In this document: positions 36,128 to 51,919 of the stretch, one piece after another
Layout: the number at the start of each line of letters is the position of its first letter
How positions within the stretch are numbered: position 1 is the stretch's first letter
Assembly: GCF_006345805.1 (NCBI RefSeq)
Contig: NW_021833809.1
Location: 1 to 52,026, forward strand
From: Octopus sinensis
Lineage: Eukaryota
DNA length: 52,026 nt
Direction: 5' to 3'
Translations under genes and position numbers: made by a program
Notes under the pieces: generated by a model
The model's database searches: none
The model's input: only the letters and a program-made list of their open reading frames with translations
Told to the model about the DNA's origin: nothing

Positions 36128-36200
36128 GCCTCCATAGCTCAGAGGTTAGAGCACTGGTCTTGTAAACCAGGGGTCGTGAGTTCAATTCTCACTGGGGGCT
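36128..36200 (+). tRNA. trnT-UGU: tRNA-Thr(UGU), consensus
   Basis: Intact, T6 downstream. Confidence 0.95.
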
Positions 36201-36315
36201 TTGGTATTTTTTACATCTTTTTCTTTTATTTCCAGTTGTCATTCATCATGATCATCATCGTTATAATCATCATCTAAATGACCACTTTTCTATCCTTGTA
36301 TGGGTCAAGCAGTGT

Positions 36316-36665
36316 TTATGAAGAATGAAGTTTATGGAAGACTTCAGAGTTGCAAATGATACAAAATCCCTTGCCCTTATCATAAGGAAAAGATATGGAT
36401 AGGATGAACCAATCTAACTTAAAATATTTATTGTTGTCTTTAAGATGCCAAACCAATTTACTTAGCACTGTGCTATGGCGTTTTCTGCTATCCCTAAATG
36501 ATGAATAATGATTTGAAATTCTCTTAGATAACTGGGAAAAGGATGCGCCTATGTAGAAGTAGACATCGGTACTGCAAGAAATTTTACATTGGTATATAGA
36601 ATTCTTGATCTTAGAATTATTAGACATAAATTTAATTCTGTTGGGGTTGTCCTCAGAGATCAAAA
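36316..36665 (-). mobile_element. GIY-YIG endonuclease fragment of a Penelope-like element
   Basis: IYQCKI..FYIGAS..LSKRISNHYSSF..KRHSTVLSKLVWHLK..W.IL..PY..G..C..CNSE matches the PLE GIY-YIG pattern. Confidence 0.75.
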
Positions 36666-36677
36666 CCATGTTTTTAT

Positions 36678-39430
<2,753 letters not shown>

Positions 39431-39835
39431 GTATGTGTGTGCATGATTGGTATGTATGCATATACATACATACATACATATATATATATGCATATATGCA
39501 TATATGTGTGAATGTATGCATTCATACATACACACATACACAAACATGTGTAGAAGCACACACACACATATTTGTGTGAATGTGTGTTTGTGTGTGTTCA
39601 AATCAAAAAGTATTAAAAAACAAAGAAGAGCAACACTGAATGAACGAAATAGGATGAAAGCGGAATTAGTTCAATGTTTGAAAAGTTAAAATGATTTAAT
39701 GTTTTCAGATGCAAGTCTTTCATTAGAAAACGAAAGTGAAACTTATTAAAGAAGAGAGAGGAAGAAAGAAGCACTGAGTATAGAGACCCACAAACACACA
39801 TACATACACACACACACACATGTGTATATATAGGC

Positions 39836-40041
39836 ATGTAGGCACGGCTGTGTGGTAAGAAGCTTGCTTCCCAAGTGTACGGTTTTTGGATTTAGTCCCA
39901 CTGCGTGGAACCCTGGGCAAGTGTCTTCTGCTATAACTTCAAGCCAAACCAAAGCCTTGTAAGTGGATTTGGTAGATGGAAACTGAAAGAAGCCCATGGT
40001 ATATATGTGTGTTTCTGTATGTATGTGTGTCTGTGTATGTG

Positions 40042-40073
<32 letters not shown>

Positions 40074-40368
40074 TGTATGTATGTATGTATGTATGTATGT
40101 ATGTATGCATGTATGTATGTATGTATGTATGTATGTATGCATGTATGTATGTATGTATGTATGTATGTATGTATGTATGTATGTATGCATGCATGTATGT
40201 ATGTATGTATGTATGTATGTATGTATGTATGTATGTATGTATGTATGTGTGTGTGTATGTATGTATGTATGTATGCATGCATGTATGATGTATGTATGTA
40301 TGTATGTATGTATGTATGCATTGCATGTATGGATGTATGGTATGTATGTATGTATGTATGCATGCATG

Positions 40369-40399
<31 letters not shown>

Positions 40400-41462
40400 G
40401 TATGTATGTATGTATGTATGTATGTACGTATGTATGTATGTATGTACGTATGTATGTATGTATGTGTGTGTGTGTGTATGTATGTATGTATGCATGCATG
40501 CATGTATGTATGTATGTATGTATGTATGTATGTATGCATGTATGTATGTATGTATGTATGCATGTATGTATGTATGTATGTTTGTATGTATGTATGTATG
40601 CATGCATGTATGTATGTATGTATGTATGCATGTATGTATGTATGTATGTATGTATGTATGTATGTGTGTGTGTATGTATGTGTATATGTATGTATGCATG
40701 TATGTATGTATGTATGCATGTATGTATGTATGTGTGTGTATGTATGTATGTATGTATGCATGCATGTATGTATGTATGTATGTATGCATGTATGTATGTA
40801 TGTATGTATGTATGTATGTATGTGTGTGTGTATGTATGTGTATATGTATGTATGCATGTATGTATGTATGTATGTATGTATGTATGTATGTATGTGTGTG
40901 TGTATGTTTGTATGTATGTATGCATGTATGTATGTATGTATGTATGTATGCATGTATGTATGTATGTATGTATGCATGTATGTATGTATGTAGTATGTAT
41001 GTATGTGTGTGTGTATGTATGTGTATATGTATGCATGCATGTATGTATGTATGTATGTATGTATGTATGTATGTATGTACGTATGTATGTAAGTATGTAT
41101 GTATGTTTGTATGTATGTATGTATGCATGCATGTATGTATGTATGTATGTATGTATGCATGCATGCATGCATGCATGTATGTGTATGTATGTATGTATGT
41201 ATGTATGTATGTATGTATGTATGTATGTATGTATGTATGTATGTATGTATGCATTTGTGTGTCTGTATTTATCACCTCCCCATCACTTGACTGCTGATAT
41301 TGGTGTGTTTACGTACCTATAACTTAGCAGTTCAGCAAAAGAGACCAATAGAATAACTACTAGGCTTACAAAGAACAAGTCCTAGGGTCGATTTGTTCAA
41401 CTAAAGGCGATGCTCCAGCATGGCCACCGTCAAATGACAGAAGCAAGTTAAAGAGTAAAAGA
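39836..41462 (+). mobile_element. CORE-like SINE whose internal microsatellite expanded to ~1.25 kb (TATG)n
   Basis: Head 39836-~39996, (TATG)n ~40000-41250, 3' half and tail 41250-41462. Confidence 0.85.
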
Positions 41463-42163
41463 ATGTAATATTTTAGAGCAATGAGTATACATTAATTAGT
41501 GTGTTGATGTGTTGAGTAAAGCACTGGCACAGTTTTGGGCTACCTGGTGTCATCGGCAGTTGGAGTATATTTCTTTTGGATCTACTTCAGGAATTCCACA
41601 GTGTTAGTTGAGATAATAATTGATTAAGTAAACAGTAGATGGAATTGGTATAACTCTCTTTACTCTTTTACTCTTTTACTTGTTTCAGTCATTTGACTGC
41701 GGCCATGCTGGAGCACCGCCTTTAGTCGAGCAAATCGACCCCGGGACTTATTCTTTGTAAGCCCAGTACTTATTCTATCGGTCTCTTTTGAAGTAAATCT
41801 GCCTTCAACTCAGTCACGCACGTCTGTGTTTCGCTTATTTTTTTTTGTGTTTTTCAACATAAACATCTCCAACTGCCTACCTTGAGTAATTACTGACAGC
41901 ACGTGCCTGATACATATATATATGTCATCATCATCATCATCATCATCATCGTTTAGCATCCGCTTTCCATGCTAGCATGGGTTGGATGGTTCAACAAGGG
42001 TCTGGGAAGCCAGAAGGCTGCACCAGGCCCAGTGCGATCTGGCAATGTTTCTACGGCTGGATGCCCTTCCTAACGCCAACCACTCCATGAGCGTAGTGGG
42101 TGCTTTTTACGTGCCACACACACACACACATATATATATATATAGGTGTATATATATAGGTTG

Positions 42164-42204
<41 letters not shown>

Positions 42205-42332
42205 CCACACACACACACACATACACACACACACACACAGATAGATCGATAGATGAGAGAGAGAGAAAGTGAGATAGATGGATGGATGGATGGATGGCTA
42301 GCCAGAGAGACAGACAGTTAGATAGAAGGGGA

Positions 42333-42371
<39 letters not shown>

Positions 42372-42732
42372 TATGCGTGCATGCATATATAAGTGTCGGT
42401 ATATATGTAGGTGTATGTATGTGTGCATGTGTGATGAGTGTGTGGACATATGTATCTGGGTGTGGTATCTGATGTGCGTGTATATATATCAAAGTAAAGC
42501 TGGTTAATATTCCATCAGAGTTAACCAGCTTTGCATTAATAAATAATTATACTTTATAATAAAGCATTGAGTCTCTGGCTTTCATTAATGAAACAACATA
42601 AAAAAACAATGTGTGTACCTGTATGCATGTGTGTGAGTGTGTGTGTGTATGTGTGCGTGTATATCTAAGCGTATAATATACGTACATATATGTATATACA
42701 TCTATATGTGTATGTGTATATATACATTTATA

Positions 42733-42768
<36 letters not shown>

Positions 42769-42908
42769 CATACATACATACATACACACATATATATGTG
42801 TGTTTGCATTGTTTATCTATATATACATACACATATATATTCATACAAGTGTCTGTGTATGTGTATATGTATTCACATGCATGTGTCTGTTAGTGAATGC
42901 TTGTAAGC

Positions 42909-42956
<48 letters not shown>

Positions 42957-43536
42957 TATATATAAACATATTATATTATATATATATATTATATATATAT
43001 ATATATAATGATATAAATCTCTCTCCTTCTTTCTCTCTCTTTCACTCTCTCTCTCTCTCTTTTAGACATACACACCACACACAAACACATACACACACAC
43101 ACAAACACATACCACACACACACACAAGTTATTTTTGTTTTCAACCTTTTCATGAAAATAAAGAAAAACCCAGTAAAACCCACAAAAGTATTCAATACAA
43201 GAATATATATATTAAAAATTTACAGAACTTGCAGCTTGTACATATAATAACATGATTTTTAAGGCCCACATTTGAAGCTCTCTTACAATGCATAAACCTT
43301 TTGAAACGGTCCAACTTAGACATAACATCTGGTATAGGTATATAATTAGGGCTGCTGACAGTTCATTGTGGCTTATGTTTCTGTGTATACCTATGCAGGC
43401 CAGAACTTCGAAGTCCCTGTCACCACTTTTCAGGTAAAAGTATAGAAAATATACACTCTGTAAGAAGTATATATGTATGATATAAAAAAAACCCAGGAAC
43501 TTTTCAGCACCCTCTTGTATGTGTATATATATATAT

Positions 43537-43760
43537 ATCTGTTTCTTTATTGCCCACAAGGGGCTAAACATAGAGGGGACAAACAAGGACAGACAAACGG
43601 ATTAAGTCGATTACATCGACCCCAGTGCATAACTGGTACTTAATTTATCGACCCCGAAAGGATGAAAGGCAAAAGTCTACCTCAGCGGAATTTGACTCAG
43701 AACGCAACGACAGACGCAATACCGCTAAGCATTTCGCCCGGTGTGCTAACGTTTCTGCCA
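43537..43760 (-). mobile_element. Deu/Nin-domain SINE
   Basis: Family match. Confidence 0.85.
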
Positions 43761-44093
43761 TATATACATCTGTGCACGCCGTTCAATGCCGTGTATACCT
43801 GAGGGTTTGCAAATCTAACAGATCAGACTGGGGCCTGGCGCAGCCTTCGGGCTTCCCAGACCCCAGTTGAACGTCCAACCCATACTAGCATGGAAAACGG
43901 ACGTTAAACGATTGATGAGGATATTATATATATTATATTTATATTATATATATATTATAATGTATAAAGGGAGGTTTACGAAAATAAACAAAAGATGAAG
44001 GCAGGTGGAGTACAAACAAACAAATGTATTAGTATGGCACTCAGGAATAGAAATAGAACAAGTCTTTTACGTTTCGAATGTATGTATATAGAT

Positions 44094-44428
44094 CAGTGGT
44101 CCTCAACTTGAATGTCCATGGAAGATTTTGGGGTGTATTCATGCAACAAAAGAATAAATTGGGGTTCCGCAATAGTATTTTAAGGGCCCCTGGAAAAAAT
44201 CTTGATTTAGATGTATGTATTGCTATGTATTGCAAGAAACAGCTGGGTTTCTTTCTCTAACATTTTACATTGGGCAAACTACACAAGTTAATGTGTGGAA
44301 AGCAAAAAAGGAATTTTGAAAGAAGTTTCTGTAAAAATGGTTTTTAAATATCAAATGGCTATGGGGGTCCACTGGAATAAAATAGAAATCAAAGGGGTTC
44401 AAATAATAAAAATGGTTGAAAACCCCTG
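44094..44428. mobile_element. hAT (Charlie-like) MITE
   Basis: CAGTGGTCCTCAAC ... GTTGAAAACCCCTG termini; 8-bp TSD ATATAGAT/ATATAGAG. Confidence 0.8.
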
Positions 44429-44434
44429 ATATAG

Positions 44435-44497
<63 letters not shown>

Positions 44498-44987
44498 CGA
44501 GATGTTCTTTATTAGCCACACAAGGGCTACACACAGACATGACAAAATTACAAGGTAGAGCTTTTCTTTGGGGGTAAAAGAAGGGGGTTTGGTTTCGATC
44601 AAAAGGGATCGTAAATAAATGGAAGGAAAGAGGACAAAAAAAGGGGGGGCTGATAACATAAAATTTTTTAAAAAAAAAGAAAAAAAAAGGGGAGGTGAGG
44701 AAGAAAAAAAAAAGAGAAAGGAAAAAAAATTGATCAATAGGGATCGTTATCACAGAAATGTCAATATGAAGTGTAAAGGGGAGGACAGGTGAGGTTTACC
44801 GTGGAAAGAAAAGCCTACGGAAAAGACACGGTAACCTCGGTCAATGAAGTCACATGTTATATTTCTTTTTTTTTTTGGCAAATAAGCAACTCTCTGTATT
44901 AATTTTTACGGTTCATAGAATCATAGTCAAGGTGGCTTCGTCATTCATACGTGCCATCCTTGCTACATTCACCCATCTTTTTTTAAT

Positions 44988-45019
<32 letters not shown>

Positions 45020-45254
45020 CACAGAAATGGAAACAGAGTTTTAAGCTGGCAATTGTATATACATGAGACAAACAGACAGATAGACCAAATGGAGGGTAAA
45101 GGTAGTGAGTGAGTGAGAGAACAACAGATGTAACCAGAGATAATGGAGTTTCCAGGTAAACAATGAGTGATAAGGGTGGGCATAAAAATAGACAAAGATA
45201 GAGATTAAGAGAAAGGGTGGAGATAGAATGTTTAGAAAGACAGGACAAGACACG

Positions 45255-45850
45255 GTAATAGCTGTGAGGTCAAGAGGCTCACTTTACAATCATGTGGTTT
45301 TGGGTTGGCCCCACTGCATGGTACCTTGGGCAAGTGTCTTCTATTATATGTTTTCTTATTACCCACAAGGGGCTAAACATAGGGGTTGATTTAATCGACA
45401 TGGTCCCTTCCCGAAAAATTGCTGGCCTTGTGCTAAAATCTGAAACTAATATTACCAAGAGGTGGTGAGCTTAGCAGCATTTCATCTGTCGCTATGTTCT
45501 GAGTTCAAATTCTACTGAGGTCACCTTTGCCTTTTATTCTTTCTGGGTCCATAAAATAAGCCCCAGTTGAGTGTTGGGCTTGATGTAATCAACTTACCCA
45601 CTCTCCTGAAATTGCTGGCCTTGTGCTGAAATTTGAAATTATCATTAAGGTGGCAAGATGGCAGAATCGTTAGCAGAATTTCGTCCATCTTTATGTTCTG
45701 AGTTCAAATTCCACCGAGGTCGATTTTTACCTTTCATTCTCTCTGGGTCAATAAAATAAGTACCAGTTAACCACTGGGGTTAATGTAATCGACTCATTCC
45801 CTTCTGCCAAAATTGCTGGCCTTGTGCCAAAATTTGAAACCAGTATTACC
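45255..45850 (+). mobile_element. Cluster of degenerate SINE fragments
   Basis: CORE-like head plus two Deu/Nin-like bodies. Confidence 0.65.
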
Positions 45851-46516
45851 TAGAGGAATACACTTGTTTACCAGACCTCATTAAGATATACGATCATGTG
45901 CCGTGGGGCATGGTGTGGGAAGATTAGCTGGATTTTAAAATTAATGGGAAAGCTTCTGATTGCAATGAAGTCCCTATATGAATGCCCTGTAAAATCAGTT
46001 CGGCATATTAAATCCAAACTAGCACATAAATAGATATTTTTCTTGAAGAAAAAAAACAATACCCATTCATAAATCAATAAAAATACTATTATATATATAT
46101 ATTGCAAGCGTTAAATTAATATTTAGATTGTTTTTAATAAAATACTATCTGTTTAATTCTTTAATCATTTACATTTAATCTCTGAGAAATGTTGCCATCA
46201 TGCACAGATACATCACAATTATTCTTGGTCATTTAACTTGCTCTGTTGCATTCAATTTCATTATTAATTGCAGTACGTGAAGATAATATTGCTTACGTTC
46301 TGTTTTAATGTTTAGTTCGACACATATTTTAATTAACTTTATCGTGAAATAACAAGTGCTAACGTGACATTAACATTCATTTATCAAATCAAGAAAGATA
46401 GGCCAGTGTGTATATCGCAAGATTTAATTTTGTGCGTCTACATATATATATACATACACACACACATACATACATATATATATGTGTGTGGGTCTGTGTA
46501 TGTGTGTGTGTATGTA

Positions 46517-46579
<63 letters not shown>

Positions 46580-46607
46580 GCATACACACACACATACATA
46601 TATATAC

Positions 46608-47492
46608 ATGAGTACAATGAAGAATTCCGGATAGGGGTAGGGGTCCACCAAGGATCATTCCTCAGCCCCCTCTTATTTATCATAGTCCTCCAGGCAATAA
46701 CAGAGGAATTCAAGACAGGATGCCCCTGGGAGCTCCTCTAGACTGATGACCTTGCTGAGTCCCTATCAGAACTCAAGGAGAAGTTTCAGGTGTGGAAGCA
46801 AGGATTAGAATCGAAGGGCCTTAGAGTCAACCTAGCTAAAACCAAAGTCCTAATAAGTAGGAAGGCAGACAAATCACAAATTCCTTCAGGTAGATGGCCC
46901 TGCTCGATCTGTAGAAAAGGCGTAGGTAGAAACTCTATAAGATGTACCCAGTGTAAGCTATGGACACATAAGAGGTGCAGCAATATCAAAAGAAAGCTAA
47001 CTGGGAAGATAGTTTTTTGTATGTGGCAAATGCTCAGGTGCTATAAACACAGAAAATGTGCAGAGAACAACTTCTGTCACAGTCGAAGGAGAAAAACTAG
47101 AAGTAGTTGATAGCTTCCATTACCTAGGGGACCAAGTCAGTAGCAGAGATGGATGCTCTGAAAGAGTAGCTGCTAAAATAAGAATATCCTGGTCAAAGTT
47201 CAGAGAGCTCTTACCTCTGCTTGAGACAAAAGGCCTCTCGCTCAGAGTGAAAGGTAGACTGTATGATGCATGTGTATGAACAGCCATGCTACATGGCAGT
47301 GAAACATGGGCTGTGATTGCTGAGGACATGCGTAAGCTTGCAAGGAATGAAGCCAGTATGCTCTGCTGGATGTGTAATGTCAGTACGCATACACGACAGA
47401 GTATAAGCGCCCTGAGAGAAAAGTTGGACCTAAGAAGCATCAGTTGTGGTGTGCAAGAGAGACGACTGCGCTGGTATGGTCATGTGTTGTGA
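46608..47492 (+). mobile_element. Decayed RTE-clade LINE reverse transcriptase fragment
   Basis: GVGVHQGSFLSPLLF..LL*TDD (dead YADD)..GLRVNLAKTK..FHYLG..HGSETW..RRLRWYGHV; stops and frameshifts. Confidence 0.9.
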
Positions 47493-47619
47493 ATGAATGT
47501 TTTTTTGTATCGTCTATCTTGATGTTTTGTTGTCCCTTTTTGTATCACCTAGTTGTCTGGATGTTTTATGTTCTTGCCCCATTTTGTATTTTATATATGT
47601 GTGTATGTGTGTGTGTGTG

Positions 47620-48242
47620 TAAGGTAACGAGCTGGCAGAATCATTAGCGCACCAAGCAAAATGCTTGCTGGCATTTCATCTGTCTTTACGTTCTGAGTTC
47701 AGATTCCACTGAGGTTGACTTTGCCTTTCATCCTTAAGGGGTCGATAGATTAAATACCTATTTCTTAAAATAAATTAAATACCTATTGCCCACAAGGGGC
47801 TAAACACAGAGGGGACAAACAAGGACAGACATAGGTATAAAGTCGATTATATCGACCCCAGTGCGTAACTGGTACTTAATTTAATCGACCCCGAAAGGAT
47901 GAAAGGCAAAGTTGACCTCGGCGGAATTTGAACTCAGAACGTAACGGCAGACGAAATACCGCCAAGCATTTCGCCTGGCATGCTAACAATTCTGCCAGCT
48001 CGCCTTTCATACTTAAGGGGTCGATAGATTAAATACCTATTTCTTTATTACCCACAAGGGGCTAAACACAGAGGGGACAAACAAAGACAGACATAGGTAT
48101 TAAGTCTGGTACTTAATTTATCGACCCCGAAAGGATGAAAGGCAAAGTCGACCTCGGCGGAATTTGAACTCAGAATGTAACAGCAGACGAAATACCGCTA
48201 AGCATTTCACCCGGCATGCTAACGTTTCTGCCAGCTCGCCGA
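47620..48242. mobile_element. Nested/tandem Deu/Nin-domain SINEs (one +, two -)
   Basis: Family match. Confidence 0.8.
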
Positions 48243-49005
48243 TAGATTAAATACCAGCTGTATCTCAGGGTTGATCTGTGCCTAGAGTAGAAAAAATATA
48301 TATATAGCTGTGTGTATATGCGTGAGTGTTTGTGTGTGTGTGTATGTGTGCGTGTCTTTATGCTCGTGTTTGTTTCCCCACCACCACCACCACCACTTGA
48401 CAACCGATGTTAGTTTGTTTACGTTTCTTTAACTTAATGGTTAAACATAACTTAGTGGTTCAACATACAGAGACCGATAAAATAAGAACCAGGCTTAAAC
48501 TACCTTCAAGGTAGTGCTCCAGCATGGCCGCAGTCTAATGACTGAAACAAGATAAAACATATTCATCTGAAAGTCAGGTGGGTGGGGGGACCCTTGTGTG
48601 GGTACACACTTTTTCTTCCTTTCTTTTTTTTGTACTGTATTTTTTTTTTTTGCCAATACGCTGTGATTTGCTGGGGATTTGACTGCTATTTCTGCAGGTC
48701 TAGGGATCATTTTAAGATGAGATCAAAACGGTTTGTTTACTAAAATTGTATATGTAATAGCAGCAGCAGCGGCAATAGCAGCAGCAGTCATAGTAGTAGT
48801 AGTTGTTGTAGTAGTTGTAGTAGTAGTAGTAGTAGTAGTAGTAGCGGCAGCAGCAGCAGTGTCATTTCTAATATAATTTTGGTTATAGTAGTGGTAGTAG
48901 TGGTAGTAGTAGTAGTGGTAGTAGTAGTGGTAGTAGTAGTAGTAGTGGTAGTGTTGGCAGCACCAATTTAATTTGTAATATAATTTTGTTGTATTGCTGC
49001 TGCTG

Positions 49006-49071
<66 letters not shown>

Positions 49072-49944
49072 GTAGTAGTAGCCGCAGCACCTGTTTAATT
49101 TATAATATAATTTTGTTGCACTGCTACTACTACTTACTACTACTACTACTGTAGTAGTAGTAGTAGTAGTAGTTTTAACCCTGGGTCTAACCCGACTAAG
49201 CCAGACATGTTCTAAAAAAAAAAATTTAATGTTTTTTTGTTTTTGTTTTAAGACATTTATTTCTGCAGGGTGATATTAGAGAGAAGGAGAAAGAGAGAAT
49301 GAGGAAGGAATGGGGGGCATTTTGCTGTTATTTCTAGCATGTCTAGCGATTACGTAGTGCAAAGACTAGAATAGAGAAAGTTTTTCGTTGCAGACGTGAA
49401 CTGCAAGTGCACAAGTACCTGCACAGGTGCAGCCGTGCCGAGAATTATAAAACGGATTTTACAATTTAACATACAAACACATAGGATTTGCATTCGGCAA
49501 TATTAATTAAAACGCAATAATGCTTTTATTAATAAAGGTAATTATAATTAATTTCAAGCTGTCCTTATGGAGTACTTAAAACAAAGTGGACCGAAACGAC
49601 ATAAAAAAAGACCAAACACGCACACATACTCATACGTAACCCAAAATATAAGCTTCGTGGTTGCTTATTAATGTTTTGAGTTCAAATGCCGCAGAAGTCA
49701 CCGTTGCTTTTCATGCTTCGAGGTGTCAGTAAAATAAAACACCAGTTAAATATTTAGTCGATTGAATATTTTTTTTTTTTTGTAGAACTTTCGGTTCTGA
49801 GTTCGAATTCCGTCGAGGTCTACACTTTGCTTTTCATCTTTCCGGGGTCGATAAATTAAGTACCAGTTACGCACTGGAGTCGATGTAATCGATTTTCGCC
49901 CTTTCCGTTGAAACCGATATTCTTGTAAAACAGGGATCGGCAGT

Positions 49945-50163
49945 AATAGTGAACCCTATCCAAGGGGTCGATAAACAGCTGGAGAGTACTGTTTTTTTGT
50001 TTGTTTTTTTCTTCAGAAAAACGTGGGTAAAATTCCTCTCAAGTATCGTTGCAATAACTTGAATTTGCGAAACAGGCATTTTACTCACGATTTTCTGAAG
50101 AAAAAAACAAACAAAACCGTACTCTCCAGCTGTTTATCGACCCCTTGGATAGGGTTCACCATT
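49945..50163. repeat. Palindromic element with ~87-bp arms (MITE-like)
   Basis: GTGAACCCTATCCAAGGGGTCGATAAACAGCTGGAGAGTAC and its reverse complement. Confidence 0.8.
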
Positions 50164-50408
50164 CATTTTAAGGGGTTGGTAAAAAATAAAGTAGCCGCAA
50201 AATACTAGATTCGATTTAATATTCCTGAGAAGTAAAGATCGATGTAGTAGTTAATATCGATTCCTAGGGACTTATGCAGTTATGTATCAATCCGAAGGGT
50301 AGATAAACACCTGAAACTATTTTGAGAATTAAGGGTGGTGACTCCTTTACCAAGTGTGAACGAAGCACTATTTATAAATAGTGTGTGTGACTATTGGTCC
50401 TTACACAG

Positions 50409-50440
<32 letters not shown>

Positions 50441-50574
50441 TGAGCATATGCGTAAATATATAAATTCTGACCATTCGACTATATTTTCCTTGTTCTTCTT
50501 CAATTTCGTTAAGTATAACCCCTACGGAATATTGAAAACAAAGTGGACATTCCACTCAGCTTGGTTACTGCCCA

Positions 50575-50768
50575 TTAACGTTCTGAGATCAAATTACGCC
50601 GATTTCAACATCAACATTGCTTTCGCCGAGGTCGACTTTGCCTTTCATCCTTTCGGAGTCGATAAATTAAGTACCAGTTACTCACTGGGGTCGATATAAT
50701 CGACTTAATCCCCTTGTCTGTCCTTGTTTGTCCCCTCTATGTTTAGCCCCTTGTGGATAATAAAGAAA
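50575..50768 (+). mobile_element. Deu/Nin-domain SINE body
   Basis: Family match. Confidence 0.8.
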
Positions 50769-51250
50769 CACATATTTTAAGGGGTCGGTAAAAATAAAAT
50801 AGCCGTGAAAAACTGGATTCGATTTAATATTCCTAAGAAGTATAGATCGATGTGAAGTGGTTAATATCGATTCCTAGGGACCTCTGCAGCTATGTATCAA
50901 TCCGAAGGGTAGATAAACACCTGAAACTATTTTGAGAATTAAGGGTGGTGATTTAGTAGCGAAATGAAAATGGAAGAGCGCAAGAATTTAAGACTATTAC
51001 CCTCTGATTCCCAACTAAATTTCCAATAAATAAATGTTACCAAACACCTATTTCCCGTTAAATATTCCAACTAAAGCAGTGATATAAATGAATTTTCATT
51101 GTTCTTCATTAATTTCGTCGACTATTTTCATAAACGAATTACTTAAATATTTCTTATTAATTAAAAAGCGGTAATGACACCACAGAACAACGAAGGAATT
51201 TATTGTTTTTAAAACCAAGAAATTTTTTTTTTCCCCATTAATTATACTTT

Positions 51251-51687
51251 TGGCAATCTTTCGTCTCTAGTAGACCTTTCCGTCGATTTCCGTAAAAAAA
51301 TTTTTTCTTTTGCATATGGGCTTGCGGGAACTTTTGAAGTAATGAGAGCGAAAGAGACTAAGAGAAAGCGATTGTATGACGAGGGAAGTTCTTTTTGAAG
51401 TTACCGTGCATGGGGGCATTGATGGACATGTGTGTGTGGGTGTGGTGTTGTGTTTGATGGGGTGTGGAAGACAGACAGTATGTTGTGTAAGTGAAAGTGC
51501 TTCTGTTAGTGTGTGTGAAGAGACAGAGTAATGTGTGAAAGAGAGAGATAACTGAAATTTTTTAGTGGGTGTATGTGTATATGTATGTATATTACTTCAA
51601 AAGTTCCCGCAAGCCCATATGTAAAAAAAAAAAAAAATTTTTTTACGGAAATCGACGGAAAGGTCTACTAGAGACGAAAGATCGCCA
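51251..51687. mobile_element. MITE with ~95-bp TIRs and a 6-bp TSD (TACTTT)
   Basis: TGGCAATCTTTCGTCTCTAGTAGACC ... GGTCTACTAGAGACGAAAGATCGCCA; TACTTT at 51245-51250 and 51688-51693. Confidence 0.85.
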
Positions 51688-51919
51688 TACTTTTTAATTT
51701 TATTTTAGAAATTTACACGACGTGGGTTTAAGTTATCAGGGATCCCCGAAGGGCCAATGTGTTATAAGAAGACAGAAGGCAGTGCACAAGCTGTGAGCAG
51801 AATCATAACCGAACACATGTGACAGTTTACACAGGAATATTGTTTTGGTTTTTGAAGCTTTTAGTTAAACGGTTTTGCTCCCATTACGAGTTTGGAACAC
51901 ACGCCCCTCTTACTTCCAG

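Noticed and set aside
11838-36200. tRNA-Thr copies as heads of a tRNA-derived SINE family
   Set aside because: Complete cloverleafs with immediate oligo-T terminators, conserved 5' flanks, no tails or TSDs; they spread by DNA-level duplication.
36316-36669. Stand-alone GIY-YIG nuclease gene
   Set aside because: No RT or credible gene structure; bounded by microsatellite and a duplication breakpoint, so a PLE remnant.
46790-47492. Active LINE or host zinc-finger gene
   Set aside because: Catalytic YADD is mutated to *TDD, with multiple frameshifts and stops, and both ends truncated.
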